From Monocercomonoides exilis PA203 (taxonomy: Eukaryota > Protista > Preaxostyla), in assembly GCA_001643675.2 (NCBI GenBank), contig LSRY02000050.1, forward strand, positions 434,001-498,000: a stretch of 64,000 nucleotides of DNA. Direction: 5' to 3'. The notes beneath the pieces are model-generated. The model was not told where the DNA came from, did not search any database, and saw nothing but the letters and a program-made list of their open reading frames with translations. How positions within the stretch are numbered: the first letter of the stretch is position 1; every line of letters starts with the position of its first letter. Shown here piece after piece: positions 38,593 to 52,588 of the stretch. Made by a program: the position numbers and the translations under genes.

Positions 38593-38833
38593 TGTGCTAT
38601 TCTCTGAAAAAGTCACAAATGTTTGATTTTCATATAAATTTATAATTTCATTATTTGCTCAAAATATTGTTAACTTGCTCCAAACTTCACAAATATGGAA
38701 TCTATTGCTTGATAATACCATTTCACTCATTCATAAGAAAATTCGTGAGTGGAAACAGGAATTTGAGCAAAATATAAAATTTTAATTTTATTTGATAATT
38801 AAACATGTGCGACTTTTCAAAAAGAATAACCCA
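38593..38833. mobile_element. Diverged copy of the 1320-1561 MITE
   Basis: Collinear similarity throughout (AAAAGTCACAAATGT, TGGAATCTATT, ATTTGAGCAAAATAT, GACTTTTCAAAAAGAAT.ACCCA). Confidence 0.8.
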
Positions 38834-39928
38834 ATCACTATACAAATCTGTGTGTTTCTTTTTTTGCAAAATGAATCGAAATGAACGATTTTTGATAGTT
38901 TTTTGAGATGATCCTTCTATTGGTTAAGATAATAAAAATGCTTTTGAAATGTCATTTGTGAATTATTTGTGGGAAAAAAAAACAGTACTTTTGCAAAATC
39001 TGACCAAAAAAATTACAATTGTCTGAATCTTATTGAAAAGTTCCTTTTGTTTAATTTTTTTAGCAAAGTTTAAATTTCATATTTTTATCAAATTTCTGTT
39101 CACACTTACGAAACCACACTCAAATCCATATATAATCATTGTCAAAATTTTCTTTTCATAACAACTATATTTTGGCGGTGGGAATGAAAATTCGATTGAA
39201 ATATTAAAATTTTGTCTTATATGAAAATTAAACAAATGGAACTTTACAAAAAAATTTTTTTGACAATTCGAAAAAATAAAATTCGATGTTGGAATTAATT
39301 ATTCAAATCCAAAATTCATTTGAAACAGAAAATTATATTTTATCTCGAGAATGGATTTCAAAAAATTCAAGAAATATTTTTATCAACCAAATATTATCAC
39401 TCAAAGAAAACTGTTTTTTCATTAAAACAATAAATTTATCAATTTTTGGATTATTTTTTTCATTTTTGAAAATAATTTCTCAAATGAAAAAAATAATAAA
39501 GTTCACACTTTAGTATAACCTGATCAAAAGATCAAATTTTTAATCACAATTTTTTTAACCAAACAACAAACAAGAATTTATTTCACAAAAAATTTTTTAA
39601 GTTTCTTTGGTGAAAAAACAGAAAAACATCAATTTAACATATGAAAATAAATTCATTTTATTTTTGAATTAACTCAAATAAAAATATTGTTAATCAAAAT
39701 GAATTGTTTTTTTTATGAAAATGATTCATTTTTAAAATATTGGCAAAGTGCAATCATGAAATAATAGTTTGAAGAATGATATCCGCAAAATATTAGTTAT
39801 TTATTCAACAAATCGTAAAAATTATCATTATGAAATCGAATTATTTTTCGAATTCGAAAAATTAATTTTCGTGTTAGAATTATATTTGGTGCATATGTGA
39901 ATGAACAAAGAAAAAACCCTATTTTTCG

Positions 39929-39980
<52 letters not shown>

Positions 39981-40588
39981 GAATGAGAAAAATGCAATTG
40001 AATTTACGAATGAATTTTATTCAAACAAGTGAATTATTCATCATTCTTATAAAAACACATTCAATATAAAAGCATCTTCAAAAGAATAATGATGAACAAA
40101 TCAAAAACTCGTTTTCATTGTCACATAAAATGCGCATTGCTTATTTATTTCAAAAATTATTAACAATTCTGAAGTATTATGTGACAATAGTAATTTTTTT
40201 CTGAAAATAATGGAATTTTAATAATTATTTTCAACAAATAGTTTAAATGGACGTTCAGCTTTTCAACCTTTTCACAAATATTTGCAAATAATACAGTTAT
40301 TTGCACTTTCTTTCACTTGTCCAACAACCAGTTTGCCTTTGAAAACTCATTATTTAATAATACTCAAAACAAAATATATTGAACAACTAGTCATCCTATT
40401 TCGAATGATTATCGACATATCGTTTCAAAAAGAATATATGTCAATATTCAAAAATTTTGGAAAATGACAACAATGAATTCCATATTTAATCATCAGTCAT
40501 TTCATTATAAGTCTAACGTTCTCATTCAAAGAATAAGTTGAAAAATTAAAAAAAAAAGGAGAATATTTTGAAACAAACAAAATTCACA

Positions 40589-41107
40589 TGGGTGATTATA
40601 TTTGAAAACATATTTTTTGTTTCAAAAATTTCAAGTTCGAAAATTTCCCTTGAATATCAACAAAAGAACACAGAAAATGAAAAAGAGATACAAAAGATAT
40701 TTTTATCAAAATTTGAGCAAAAACATTTGTTTTCAAAACAGTTGTTAATAATTCACATCTGAAAACAACATTTCTTCACAAATGAATAACAATGAAAGAA
40801 AAATAAACATTCCAAAAAAAGTTATAATTTCAAAAAAAACACCTATATGGGAGTTTATTTTTGATATCATAACTTTTTTCGAAGTGTTGATCAAAGAAAG
40901 GGTTTTTTATATTTCATTATAACTTTCTCATTCAAATGTGATGTGCATTCCATAAATTTTTTAAAGACCAATATCGAAGCTGAATCCAAGACTGTATTTT
41001 CTCTTTTTAGTATTAAAACTTTATTGTTTTCTTTTTTGTATATTCAAAGAATATTTTTAATTGAAAATTTTATAGTTAATTATTATGATTTCAAAAAGAA
41101 TCGCACA
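40589..41107. mobile_element. Two adjacent degenerate TGGG-type MITEs (40589-40845, 40848-41107)
   Basis: TGGGTGATTATATTTGAAA...TTTCAAAAAAAACACCTA|TA|TGGGAGTTTATTTTTGATATCATA...TATGATTTCAAAAAGAATCGCACA. Shares AAATTTGAGCAAAA with the 1320 MITE. Confidence 0.5.
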
Positions 41108-41149
41108 TGTATCAAATAATTACTTTCCAAATCAACATTTTTCAAAGCT

Positions 41150-41197
<48 letters not shown>

Positions 41198-41510
41198 GAA
41201 ACAATAGATAAAAGTTCCATTGTTCAATCTATCACCCTAACATACAGTTAGATATCAATGCAAATTTTTGAAATAAAAAAGCTCAAAAAAGGAATTGATT
41301 AATAGAAAATAACAAATGCATTGTTTTTAAAAAACATCAACACTTTTAAATGACTAATGGATGTTTTTGTTGCAAAATTTGCATATATTATCATTGATTT
41401 CGAAAAGTCTTATTTAACGCAATTCTTGTTTTTTTAAACTTTTACCCATATTACAATAATTGGTGGATGACATCAATATCTCATATGGGTAAAAGATCAG
41501 TTGTTTGATC

Positions 41511-42182
41511 ATGCCAAAGGAATCAGCATTCAAGACAAAATATCCATTGGAAGTGCGCAGAAATGAAGCAGAGAAAATGCTGTTTGCAATGAGATTAATT
41601 AGTTTTATTCACAAGTTGTGATAATCAGCCAGAAATATCCTGATAGAATCCCAGTTATTTGCGAAAAAGCTGAAAGAAGTGACATTCCTGGTTGGATAAC
41701 TTATCATTATTTTTATTTGAATCAATAAAAATCGTAAAACATTTCACTTCTTTTTCCATATCTTCTCAGAAATTGATAAGAAAAAGTTTTTGTAGATTTT
41801 TTCGATGAATCATCCGCTTTAAATGAATTTCATATTGTTTTATACTCTTGCATTTTCTTTTTGAATTATGTGTAGGTTTCTCGTCCAAAATGACATGACC
41901 ATTGGGCAATTTGTCTATGTTGTGCGAAAAAGGATCAAGGTTATTAATCTTTTATATTATAGAAATTATGAATGTTTTATTAAAATTTCAATTGTGTTGA
42001 TGCTGATTCATGCATTTTAGTTGAGCCCCGAAAAAGCGATCTTTGTCTTTATTGACAATTCGATTCCTCCAACTGCTGCTGTTCTGTCAACAGTGTACGC
42101 AAATTATAAAGCGAAACATCCTTCAGATGATGGCTTTCTTTACGTGACTTATTCCGGTGAAAGTACTTTTGGCTCGGAATAA
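41511..42182 (+). CDS. ATG8: Autophagy ubiquitin-like protein ATG8 (5 exons; absent from the ORF track)
   Basis: Spliced: [124 protein letters not shown]. Includes a 16-nt exon at 41770-41785. Confidence 0.97.
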
Positions 42183-42381
42183 AAAAATTTTTTTACATAT
42201 TTTTAATTTTATAATTATTGCTCAACTTTCTTTTTGACTTAACCAATTCATTCTTTTAAATTGTGCATTGGTTCACATCAATTTGAATAAATATAAATTA
42301 GTTTTCAATTGTTTATTGAAAGAGGAGATATTTCCTCCAACATCAGATCTTACCCAAATTTGTGTCTAAGGATTAACCAAA

Positions 42382-43190
42382 ATGAGTTTCGCTCTTTTTT
42401 CTAGCAAAGCTACAATGATTAAAAAGAAAAATGTTTCAGCAGACGATACACACAAACAAGACTTGCTGAAGCATATTGAGACGACACTTGGAAGCGGTAA
42501 TCTTCGAGAGGCTGTTGCTTTGCCTGAAGGCGAGGATCTGAATGAATGGCTTGCTGTGAACACTTTTGATTTTTTCAATCAGATAAATATGCTGTATGGA
42601 ACGATCACGGAGTTTTGCACAAACGAGACTTGCCCAGTTATGAGCGCAGGCCCAACGCATGAATATCGATGGGCGGATGGTGTCAAAATCAAGAAGCCTG
42701 TTAAATTGTCAGCTCCTGAATACGTTGATGCTCTTATGACATGGGTTCAATCGCAACTTGATGATGAAACACTTTTCCCATCGAAAATCGGTTTGCATAC
42801 AATTAAAATATTATTTTTAACATTATTTATGCATCATATACATTCTCAGGAGTTCCGTTTCCGAGAAATTTCCAAGACGTTGTGAAAAACATATTTAAGA
42901 GATTGTTCCGCGTTTATGCCCACATTTATCATTGCCATTTCGAAAAAATCATTTCGCTTGGCGAAGAGGCACATTTGAACACATGCTTCAAACATTTCCT
43001 GTTCTTCATCACTGAATTTAAGCTTGTTCAAAAAGAAGAATTGGCGCCACTTGATGATCTTATCAAAAAAGTTTTATGTTTGCCTTATTATTAAATATTA
43101 ACTTTTTTCATGAATGTTCCTATTTATTTTCAGCTGAATAAGTTTCAAAATCTACAAATCCTCAAAAAAAAAAAAAAAAATAAAAAATAA
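42382..43190 (+). CDS. MOB1: MOB kinase activator (MOB1 family)
   Basis: TLGSGNLREAVALPEGEDLNEWLAVNTFDFFNQINMLYG...CPVMSAG...IFKRLFRVYAHIY. Intron 42791-42849. The last exon is uncertain (alternative stop at 43094). Confidence 0.95.
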
Positions 43191-44127
43191 AAATAAAAAT
43201 AAAAAAGAAAGAAAAAAAATGCGAACGCAAAGCAATAAAGCAACCATTTAATCATAAGATTTCCACAAGGCAATCATAATGGTTTGTTTTCATTCCTATT
43301 GATTAATCTATAATTTAGCTTTTAACTCTTTCAACAGAATAGAAAAGATTCTTAACCAGGAATTTCATCACCAATCTTCATTTCATATTTATTTTTTGAG
43401 TCTTCTTCAAAAAAATAAAATAAAAAATAAAAAATAAAAAATAAAAAATAAAATAAGAAAAGAAAAATTTGTTCCAGAGGAATTTTTTATCATTCGAATG
43501 ATAAAATATTCTTCAGCAAAGAAATATCAAACAAGAACTTTTCTTTTCTTTTTCTTTTCCTTTTGTAATATTCTTTCTTTCTTTCTTTCCTTCCTTTTCG
43601 ATTTAATTATGCGTTTTACAAAAATACTCAACATCAATAACAACATCTTGATCTTTCATAATTTATTTTCTTATTTGTTCAAAAAATAAAGGGATGTGCA
43701 AGATGATAGTTTAACGAATGAAAATGTGAGAGGGGGAGATGAAGATGATGTTAAAAAAAAAGATCAAAGATAAAAGTGATTAAAAAATAAAAATAAATTT
43801 CAAAAATAAATTAAAAAAAAAAAATAAATAAATAAGTCAAAAGAAAGAAAGAAAAGAAAGAAAGAGAAATGAGAAGATAAGAGAAGATAGAATAAAAATA
43901 AAAATAAATTAAATCTTTAATTAAAAATAATTATTTCTTCTTATGACTTAAAAAAAAGAAAAATAAAACAAAAAAAAATACTGTTCTTTTTCAAACGCAA
44001 AATTATATGTCGAATTCAACATTAAAGAAGAAAAGAATCTTTTCTTCATCTTCCTCTTTTTTTTTTTTTAATTCCCCAGAAAATGATTTTTTTCTCCTAT
44101 GCTTCGCTGTTATATTCTCTATTTTAT

Positions 44128-44158
<31 letters not shown>

Positions 44159-44198
44159 TATTTATTTTATTTATTTTTTTTTAAAAGAAACATTATTT

Positions 44199-46354
44199 TT
44201 ATTCTTTCTCTCTTTTTTCGCTTTCTTTTCTTTTTTCATCTTCCAACCCTTCTTCATTCTCTTCTTCTTCTTCTTCTTCCTCTTCCTCCTCCTCATCTTC
44301 TTCTTCTTCAAATTCATCATCGTTGTCATCATCTTCTTCTTTCTTTCCTTCTTTTCCTTCAGTTCCTTTCAATTTTGATTTTCTTCTCTTCTCTTTTGCT
44401 TCCTTCGCATTTGCCATCTTTTCTTCTTCTTCTTCTTCATCAAGAAGATCTTCTATGGGAATCTATATAAATCATAATAATAATAATAATTTATTATTTA
44501 ATTTTAAAATATAAAAAAGAAATATAATAAATTTAAAAATAAATAAATATTAAATAATAAATAATTAAATATAAATAAATAAATAGAAATAAAAATAAAA
44601 ATAAAAATAAAAATAAAAATAAAAATAAAAGATAAATATAAATAACATTAAACATACCAAATCAACGTCATCTTCATCCTCTTCTTCGTCTTCATCTTCT
44701 TTTTCATTGTCTCCTTTTTTTCTTTTCTCTTTCTCTTTCTCTTCTTCTTCTTTCTCTTCTTCTTCTTTCTCTTCTTCTTCTTTCTCTTCTTCTTCTTTTT
44801 CTTTCTCTTTCTCTTTCTCCTTCTCCATTTCCATTTGTTTCTGTTTTCTTCTTTCTTTTCTACTCAATGGAGCAGCAGAAGCAGAAGCAGAAGAAGAAGA
44901 AAGAGAAGAAGAAAGAGAAGAAGAAGAAGAAGAAGAAGAAGAAGATATTGGTTGTTCAGATAATTTCATTATTGCCTCTAAATAATTTTAAAAAAAGAAA
45001 AGAAAAGAAAAGAAAAGAAAAGAAAAGAAAAGAAAAGAAAAGAAAAGAAAAGAAAAGAAAAGAAAAGAAAACAAACATACATACAAATTAATAAAATAAA
45101 TAAAATAAATAAATAAAATAAATAAATAAAAAATAAATAAAATAAACATAATAATAATATTAATAATTTGTGAATTAAAAATAAATCAATTTCTTCAAAT
45201 AACTTTATATGTTTATATATTTTCATTTCATTTCATTTATTTAATTGCATTTCCTTTCTTTTTTTTTTTCTTTTAGTTTTTCTTTTATTTCAAATTATTT
45301 TATTTTATTTTATTTAATTTTATTTTATTTAATTTTATTTAATTTTATTTTATTTCCTCTCTTTTTATTTCTTTAAGTTTTTATTTTATTTTATTTTATT
45401 ATTTATTTATTTATTTATTTATTCTTAATGTCATACTCTTGTTCTTATACAATGGTATTTGTGCCCTTAGCTCTTCATCATCTTCAATCGTCCTCAGAAA
45501 TATTTCCCTGTCTTTCTCCTCTTTCTCCATCTCTTCCTCTTCCGCTTTCCTTTCTTTCTTCTTCTTCTTCTTCTCTTTCTCTTTCTCTTTCTTCTCTTTC
45601 TTCATTTTTTCTTTTTTATTCTTCTCTTTTTCTTTATTCTTCTTCATTTTTCCTTCTTCTTCTTCTTCTTCTCCATCTTCTTCTCCTTCTTTTCCTTCTC
45701 CTTCTCCTTCTTCTTCTTCCTCTTCCTCTTCTTCTTCTTCATCTTCAACCAACCTCTTTATTTTAATCAGTTTTCTATGTTGAAGACGCTTTCTAGTTTG
45801 CTTGTGGGTCTTGCGAATTACAACCTTAATTAATAAGTTAATAATAATAATAATAAATAATAATTATAATAAATAGAAAATAAATAGAATAGAAAATAAA
45901 TAAAATATTATAAATGGAAAAGAAAAGAAAAAAAAGAAAGAATAAAATAGAAAATAAAAATTATGTATAGAATAAATAATATTTTTGATAAAATAAAAAT
46001 AATAATATAAAATAATAATTAATTAATTAAATAGAATATAAATATAATAATATAAATATAAATATAAATATAAATAATAAATAATAAATAATAAATAATA
46101 AATAATAAAACAAATTATTAAATATAATTAATTAAATATAATAATAATAATAATAATTAATTAATTAATTAATTAATTAGAATATAAATAAATAAATAGA
46201 ATAAGATAAGATATATTTGCATACCACATCAGGGATGGAGTGTTTAGATAGGATGATGTGTGTGGTCTCTGTGAAGTTGAAGCTCCTCATGTCATATCTC
46301 ATTGTGAAAAGAGAAAGAGAAAGAAATGAAAAAAAAAAAAAAAAAAAAAAAAAA

Positions 46355-46388
<34 letters not shown>

Positions 46389-46757
46389 GATAGATAGATA
46401 CATAGATAAATTGATAGAGAGAGAGAGAAAGAGAAAATGAGAGAAAATGAGAGAAAATGAGAGAAAATGAGAGAAAATGAGAGAAAATGAGAGAAAATGA
46501 GAGAAAATGAGAGAAAATGAGAAAGAGAGAAAGAAAAAGAAGTTAAATAAATCATCAGAAAATAAAAAAATAGAATAAAAAAATATAAAAAATAAAATAT
46601 AAAAAAAATAAAAAAGAAATATATTTCTATTTAAAACTCCATTTATTCCTTTCTCTCTCTCTCTCTCTCTCTTTCTTTCTCTTTCTCTTTCTCTTTTTCT
46701 TTCTTTCTTTCTCTTTCTCTTTCTCTTTTTCTATTTCTTTTTCTCTTTCTCTTTCTC

Positions 46758-46790
<33 letters not shown>

Positions 46791-47054
46791 TCACATACCC
46801 TAACACCACATCCCCCTTCTTCAGGCATTGTCCCAAATATGTCTTGGTCTCAATGGGAGCGTCTTCTTCTTCTGTTTTGTGGGCTTTTATGAGAGTCACC
46901 TCACTCTGCTGATACTGTTGTTGATGATGATGAGAGAAGAAGAGAAAGAAGAAGAAAAGAAAAGAAAAAGAAAAGAAAAGAAAAGAAAAGAAAAGAAAAA
47001 GAAAAGAAAAAGAAAAGAAAAGAAAAGAAAAAGAAGAGAAAGAAAAAGAAGAAG

Positions 47055-47086
<32 letters not shown>

Positions 47087-47296
47087 AAGGAAAAGGGGAA
47101 AAAAAAAGATCAGAAGATTCATATTTATTGAAAGAAAATGACAATAACAATGACAATGACAATTACAAACAAACAAAGAAATAAAGAAAGAAAGAAAGAG
47201 ATAAATTAAGAACAATAAAACACCCAGCTTTTCTTTTTCTTTTTCTTTCTCTTTCACATCTCCTCAATCTTCTTTTATATTCCCTTCTTTCTTTCT

Positions 47297-47361
<65 letters not shown>

Positions 47362-47670
47362 TTCCCTTCTTTCTTTTTCTTTTTCATTTTCATTTTATTT
47401 TCTTTCTCTTTCTCTTTCTCTCTCTCTTTCTCTTTCTCTCTTTCTCTCTCTCTTTTCCCTTCTTTCCCTTCTTCTTCTTCTTCTTCTTCTCCTCCTCCTT
47501 CTTCTTCTTCCCCTTCATATTCATACCTTCCCATTCCTTTTTTCTGTCAGCTTATTCTCAATGACCGTAAACTCGGTCAATTGGGCAGAGTTGGCCAAGA
47601 CGATAAAGGGGTACTGCCAGAGGAGCGAAGAAGGACATTCAGACACTGAAGAAGAGAAAGAAAGAAAGAG

Positions 47671-47703
<33 letters not shown>

Positions 47704-48105
47704 AAGAGAAAGAAAGGGAAAGAAAGGGAAAGAAAGAGAAAGAGAGAAAGAGAAAGAAAGAGAAAGAAAGAGAAAGAGAGAGAGAGAGAGAGAGAAGAAG
47801 AAGAAGAAGAAATTGGAAAAGAAGGGGAGGAGGAGGAAGAGGAAGAAGAAGAAGAGGAGGAAGAGATAGAGGGAAGAGGAGGAAGAGAAAGAAAGAAAGA
47901 AGAAGAAAAATAAAGAACAAGAAAGAGGAAGAAGAAGAAAGAAGAAGGATAAAAATTATTATTATTATAGAAATAGCAACAAGAAAGATGAATGAGAAAG
48001 GAAAAAAAAAAAAAAAAAGAAAAGAAAAAGAAAAAGAAAAAAGAAAAAAAGAAAAAAAAAAAAAGAGAAAACTTAAAATATTAATTTTTTTTCCCTATTC
48101 TTCCT

Positions 48106-48167
<62 letters not shown>

Positions 48168-48562
48168 ATACCAATCAACCGTTCATCGTCCACCAGTGTC
48201 ACATTCTTCCCTACTTTCTTCACAATGCACAGCCTTCCCATATTCCCGCACCTCGCCGCGACCTCCTTCGACACATAAACCAGATCTTCTCTGCAAACAG
48301 GCAGAATTTCAATCAAAAAAGTGGTTTTCGTGTTTGTCTTGTGGTTTCGGATGTCGGTTGAGATCTGCTTTTCGCTGGTTTTCATACGGGTGGGCACGAA
48401 TTCGCTGATGAAAGAGGCGAAATGCTGGGCGTGGGACTTGTGCGCAAAGAAAAAGTCGATGCCGTCGGGGAAGGACTAAATGGATGGAGGAAGGAGGAAG
48501 GAGAAGGAGAAGGAGAAGGAGAAGGAGAAGGAGAAGGAGAAGGAGAAGTAATAAAGATAAGG

Positions 48563-48614
<52 letters not shown>

Positions 48615-49602
48615 AAGAAAGAAAGAAAGAAAGTAAAATTAAAAATAAAACAATAAAAAATAAAGTTTAAAAAAAAAAGAAGCATTGAGAAAAAAAATAA
48701 AAATTTAAAGGAAAATATGAAAAGAAAGACAGACAGATAGATAGATAGATAGAAATAGAGAAAGTGAAAGAAATTGTGAGTGAGATATATTAAAAATATT
48801 AAATATTTTCATATTTATAAAGAAAAATTTCATAATAATAATTAAAAGAGTAATAAAAGTTATTTTTACTTTTAGAATATAAAAAAAAAAAAAACAAACC
48901 TTAAGCCTAAGTGCACGCTTTTGTGCATGATGCTTTAAAATTTGTTGCTCCAAAAACAAAAAAGTACGTTTATGATCAACTTTTTGACGCAACTGAACAA
49001 GAGTGTTCCAATTATCATTATTCATTGCCTTTGAGCACTTCTCGCACATTCTATTTCTTATGAAGAAAGTTACGTCCAAAGTCTGTTCGAGGATTGCGCC
49101 TTGAACTTCCTTTTGGATAACCATTCTTATAATAACTCTTTTAGAATGAGGTTCTGTCCATATAAACTTTGCATCTACAAGTTTAACGGAATTCAATCCT
49201 TTCAATGATTTTAAGCATAACGTGAGCAATTCCATTGATTCTAACTCACATTTAAACCAAGTCTTACGATGTAGTGTGTATTTCGATTTCACACTCCCCG
49301 TTGATCCCAGTGAAAATCTAACATAAAAAAAAGCTCTCAAATTACTTTTTTCAAAATAATTAAATTTTCGAACCTTCCGCATCCTTGGCACAGAGCGAGT
49401 GTGCTTTGCCTTGGAATTCCTTCAGTGATATCCACTTCAGTCAAAAGGCAATCAGGACACGTGTTCGAAGGATTCGGGGATATAAGTTTGCCGCAAATGC
49501 AGCAGAGGCTATAAAAAATTAATTTCAACATGTTTAAACAACATTAAAATGCGCTACAAACATTTTGCCAATTTCTGGCTGTTCTTCTTGAATGTCTTGC
49601 AT
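44199..49602 (-). CDS. NMD3: 60S ribosomal export adaptor NMD3, multi-exon, with repeat-expanded introns
   Basis: CCICG...NPSNTCPDCL...DITEGIP...CQGCG; LVDAKFIWTEPHSKR; QLRQKVDHKRTFLFLEQQILKH; KTSEKQISTD...TFLIEILPVCREDLV; FLRTIEDDEELRAQIPLY. The 3' end is approximate. Confidence 0.93.
46431..46522. repeat. 10-bp tandem repeat (GAGAAAATGA)n in an NMD3 intron
   Basis: About nine perfect units visible. Confidence 0.9.
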
Positions 49603-49790
49603 ATAACTTATTCTTCAATTTAATATATAACCTATAAAGGGTATAACCAATTTTCGTAAATATTTTCTTTCATAGTTATTTTTCATGTAGAATTAAAATA
49701 AAAAGGATAATTAACAAATACAGATGAAAAGTCTTAATTGAAAAAATGATTTTGTTATATTTTCAGATCACAAAACTTGTTATCGTTTCA

Positions 49791-51819
49791 ATGCGGATCC
49801 CTAAATCAGCATTACGAAAACAAAAACCCAAACTAACTCCTATTGAAGAATTCAATTCATTAACTAAAGGGAAGAGAGTGCCCATGGTTTGCAGAAATTT
49901 TTTGTTTTTCTCATTTTCGTTTTTCGCAGTCTTTCTTTTTTGATTGGTGGATTCGACAAGATGGTATCAAGCATTCTGATGATCAACAACCGTTTATAAT
50001 ATTTCTGCAACGAATCACAACATATTTTTGCCAACGAACGTCATTCTCATATGATTTTCTCTTTCCTCTATTGAAAAAAGTCGCGACAATTTTGAGCTTG
50101 GACGTGGAGTCTATGCTCTTGGGGATGATATTTTTTTCAAGATATGGAAGGAAGCACAACGCTGTTTATCTATTTACCCAAGAAATCGAGTTGGCATATG
50201 TTTTCGCTATTTGCTGTTTTTTGTCCATGAACTGCATAAATGACAGGCCAATAAATTGCTATCATCTTCTTGCATTTTTTGATATACCATCATCACGTCT
50301 TATTGAAGACGAAGTGCATGTTTTGGATCAACTCGACTACAACATCTGTTTTTCTCGTGAAGATGCCACATACATCAAGGAAATCTGCTCAATTGATATG
50401 CTTATGCTTCTTTCTTATTCATTTGCGCCGTCAACTCAGCCAAATTCACGGCACGATGTCATTGACGGGTGCGGTTTGTCTGATCACAGCCAAAGTTATG
50501 ATCACCAGTATTCCGAAAAAACAGAAACTATCCTGCTAAACGAGGCAGAAAATATGGCGCAGCCTGGAATGGAGCATGTGTGCACAGCGGCGCAGCCGAG
50601 AAACGTGAGGGAAAGCGGAGAAAGTGAGAGGAGAAGAGAGAAAAGTGGGACAGAAAGGACGATGACAACGATGGCAATGACGATGATGAAGAGTGATGTG
50701 GAAGAGAAGATAGAGAGGGAAAAAATAGAGAAAATAGAGAGAGAAAAAATAGAGAGAGAGAAGGAGAGAATAGAGAGAGAAAGAGAAAGAATAGAGAGAG
50801 AAAGAATAGAGAGAGAGAAAATAGAGAGAGAAAGGGAAAGAATAGAGAAAGAGAAGGAGAGAATAGAGAGAGAGCGAGATGAAAGAGAAAAGATTGAGAA
50901 GATAGAGAGGGAAAAAATAGAGAGAGAAAGAACAGAGAGAAGAGAAAGAGAAAGAAGAGAAAGAGAAAGAGAAAGAGAAAGGGAAGAAGAAAGAGAAAGG
51001 GAAGAAGAAAGAGAAAGGGAAATAATTGAAAGATTAGGAAGAATAGAAAAAATGGATTATTCTTCAATTTCTTCTATTTCTTCTTCTTCTTCTTCTTCTT
51101 CTTCCTTCTCCTCCTCTTCTTCTTGTTATCCAATTTCTTCTTCTTCTTCTTCTTCATTTTCCTCTTCTTTTTCTACATTTCATTCTTCTTCTTCTTCTTC
51201 TTCTTCTTCTTCTTCACATCATCATCATCATAAACATCATCATCAACATCATCAGACAAACATAAAATCTTCTTCTTCTTCTTCCTCCTCCTCCTCTTCC
51301 TCTTCCTCTTCCTTTTCTTCTTCCTCCTCCTCTTCTCCTTCAACTTCTTCTTTTTCCTCTCTTTCCTCTCTTTCCTCCTTCTCTTCTTCTTCTCCTTCCT
51401 CTTCTTCTTCCTCTTCCTCTTCTTCCTCTTCTTCCTCTTCTTCCTCCTCCTCTTCTTCTTTCAACTCACATTTTTCTGAAAAAAATGAAAAGAAGTGGAA
51501 AAAGAGAAAAGAAGAAGAAGAAGAAGAAGAAGAAGAAGAAGAAGAAGAAGAAATACAAATAAAATGTTTTGTTTCTTCTTCTTCCTCTTGTTATCCAATA
51601 TTGTATTCTTCGTCTTCTTCTTCTTCTTCCTTTTCCTCCTCTTCCCCTTCTTTTCCCGTTTCTTCTACTTCTTTTTCTTCTTCTCTTCCTCCTCCTTCTT
51701 CTTCTATTTCAAATTCTTCTTCTTCTCCTTCTTCTCCAATTTCCTCAGAAAGTGCAATAACACAAGCTCTTTTAAAAGATCATTTGATGTTTGTTCAAAA
51801 AAGCCCAGAAATAAAATAA
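49791..51819 (+). CDS. Cyclin-box (PHO80/cyclin P-like) protein with a long R/E- and S-rich tail
   Basis: Exon 1 MRIPKS...RVPM|GTTTG, acceptor at 49929. LGMIFFSRY...FAICCFLSMNCIND...LIEDEVHVLDQLDYNI resembles a cyclin N-terminal box. Confidence 0.6.
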
Positions 51820-52588
51820 AAAAAATTAAAAAAAAAATTATGAAAATTAAAAAAAAAAAAAAAAAGATAAAATAATAAATAAAAAATTGAATTTGGAGAA
51901 GAAGAACAAGAAGAACAAGAAGAAGAAGAAGAAGAAGAAGAGAAAGGAGAAAGAAGGAGAAAGAATTGAAATATGAATTATAAAAATAAAAATTAAAATA
52001 AAAATAAATTGTAAATAACTTAAATCTTAAAAAGAAGAAAGAAATTTGTTTATGTTTATATATTTTCTTTTTGTTCATTTTCTTTTTTTTTTTTTAGTTT
52101 TTGAAAATTAATTTTTTTTTTCAAAAAAAAGTTTTTTTTTTAATTTGCATGAAAATTTTGATTTTTTGTGGAGAAAGGATTGAACTTTATTATTTTATTA
52201 ATTTCTTTTTTTATGTTTATGTAGCAAAAGTGAAATAATAATCAAAAATTATTTTATTTTTTTGTTTTATTTGATTTTATTTTAAATATTCATCATTTCT
52301 ATAGTTGAAGGCAATGGCTTTGTTTTCTAAATTTCATTCTCTTTAAACTGTTATTTCAACACGTTATTGTGAATTATAATAATGTTTATGTTTTTTTACA
52401 TCCGATTACAGTTATTTCATCTTTTTTATTTTCTTTTTATAGTAAAAATTTTTCTTTTTAACTTGCATAATTAATGAGATTGTTACTCTTGCGATCCTTT
52501 CTCATTAATGTATATTTTAAATTTCCATTTGATTCTTTTATTTTTTATCCACTTTTTAAGCCCTTAACAAAATAAATTTTTTTATCAA

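Noticed and set aside
44099-48685. Numerous poly-K/E/R/F/L/S ORFs in the track (also at 22000-22500, 26200-26900, 51250-52080)
   Set aside because: They arise from stop-free microsatellites, NMD3 introns or antisense shadows, not independent genes
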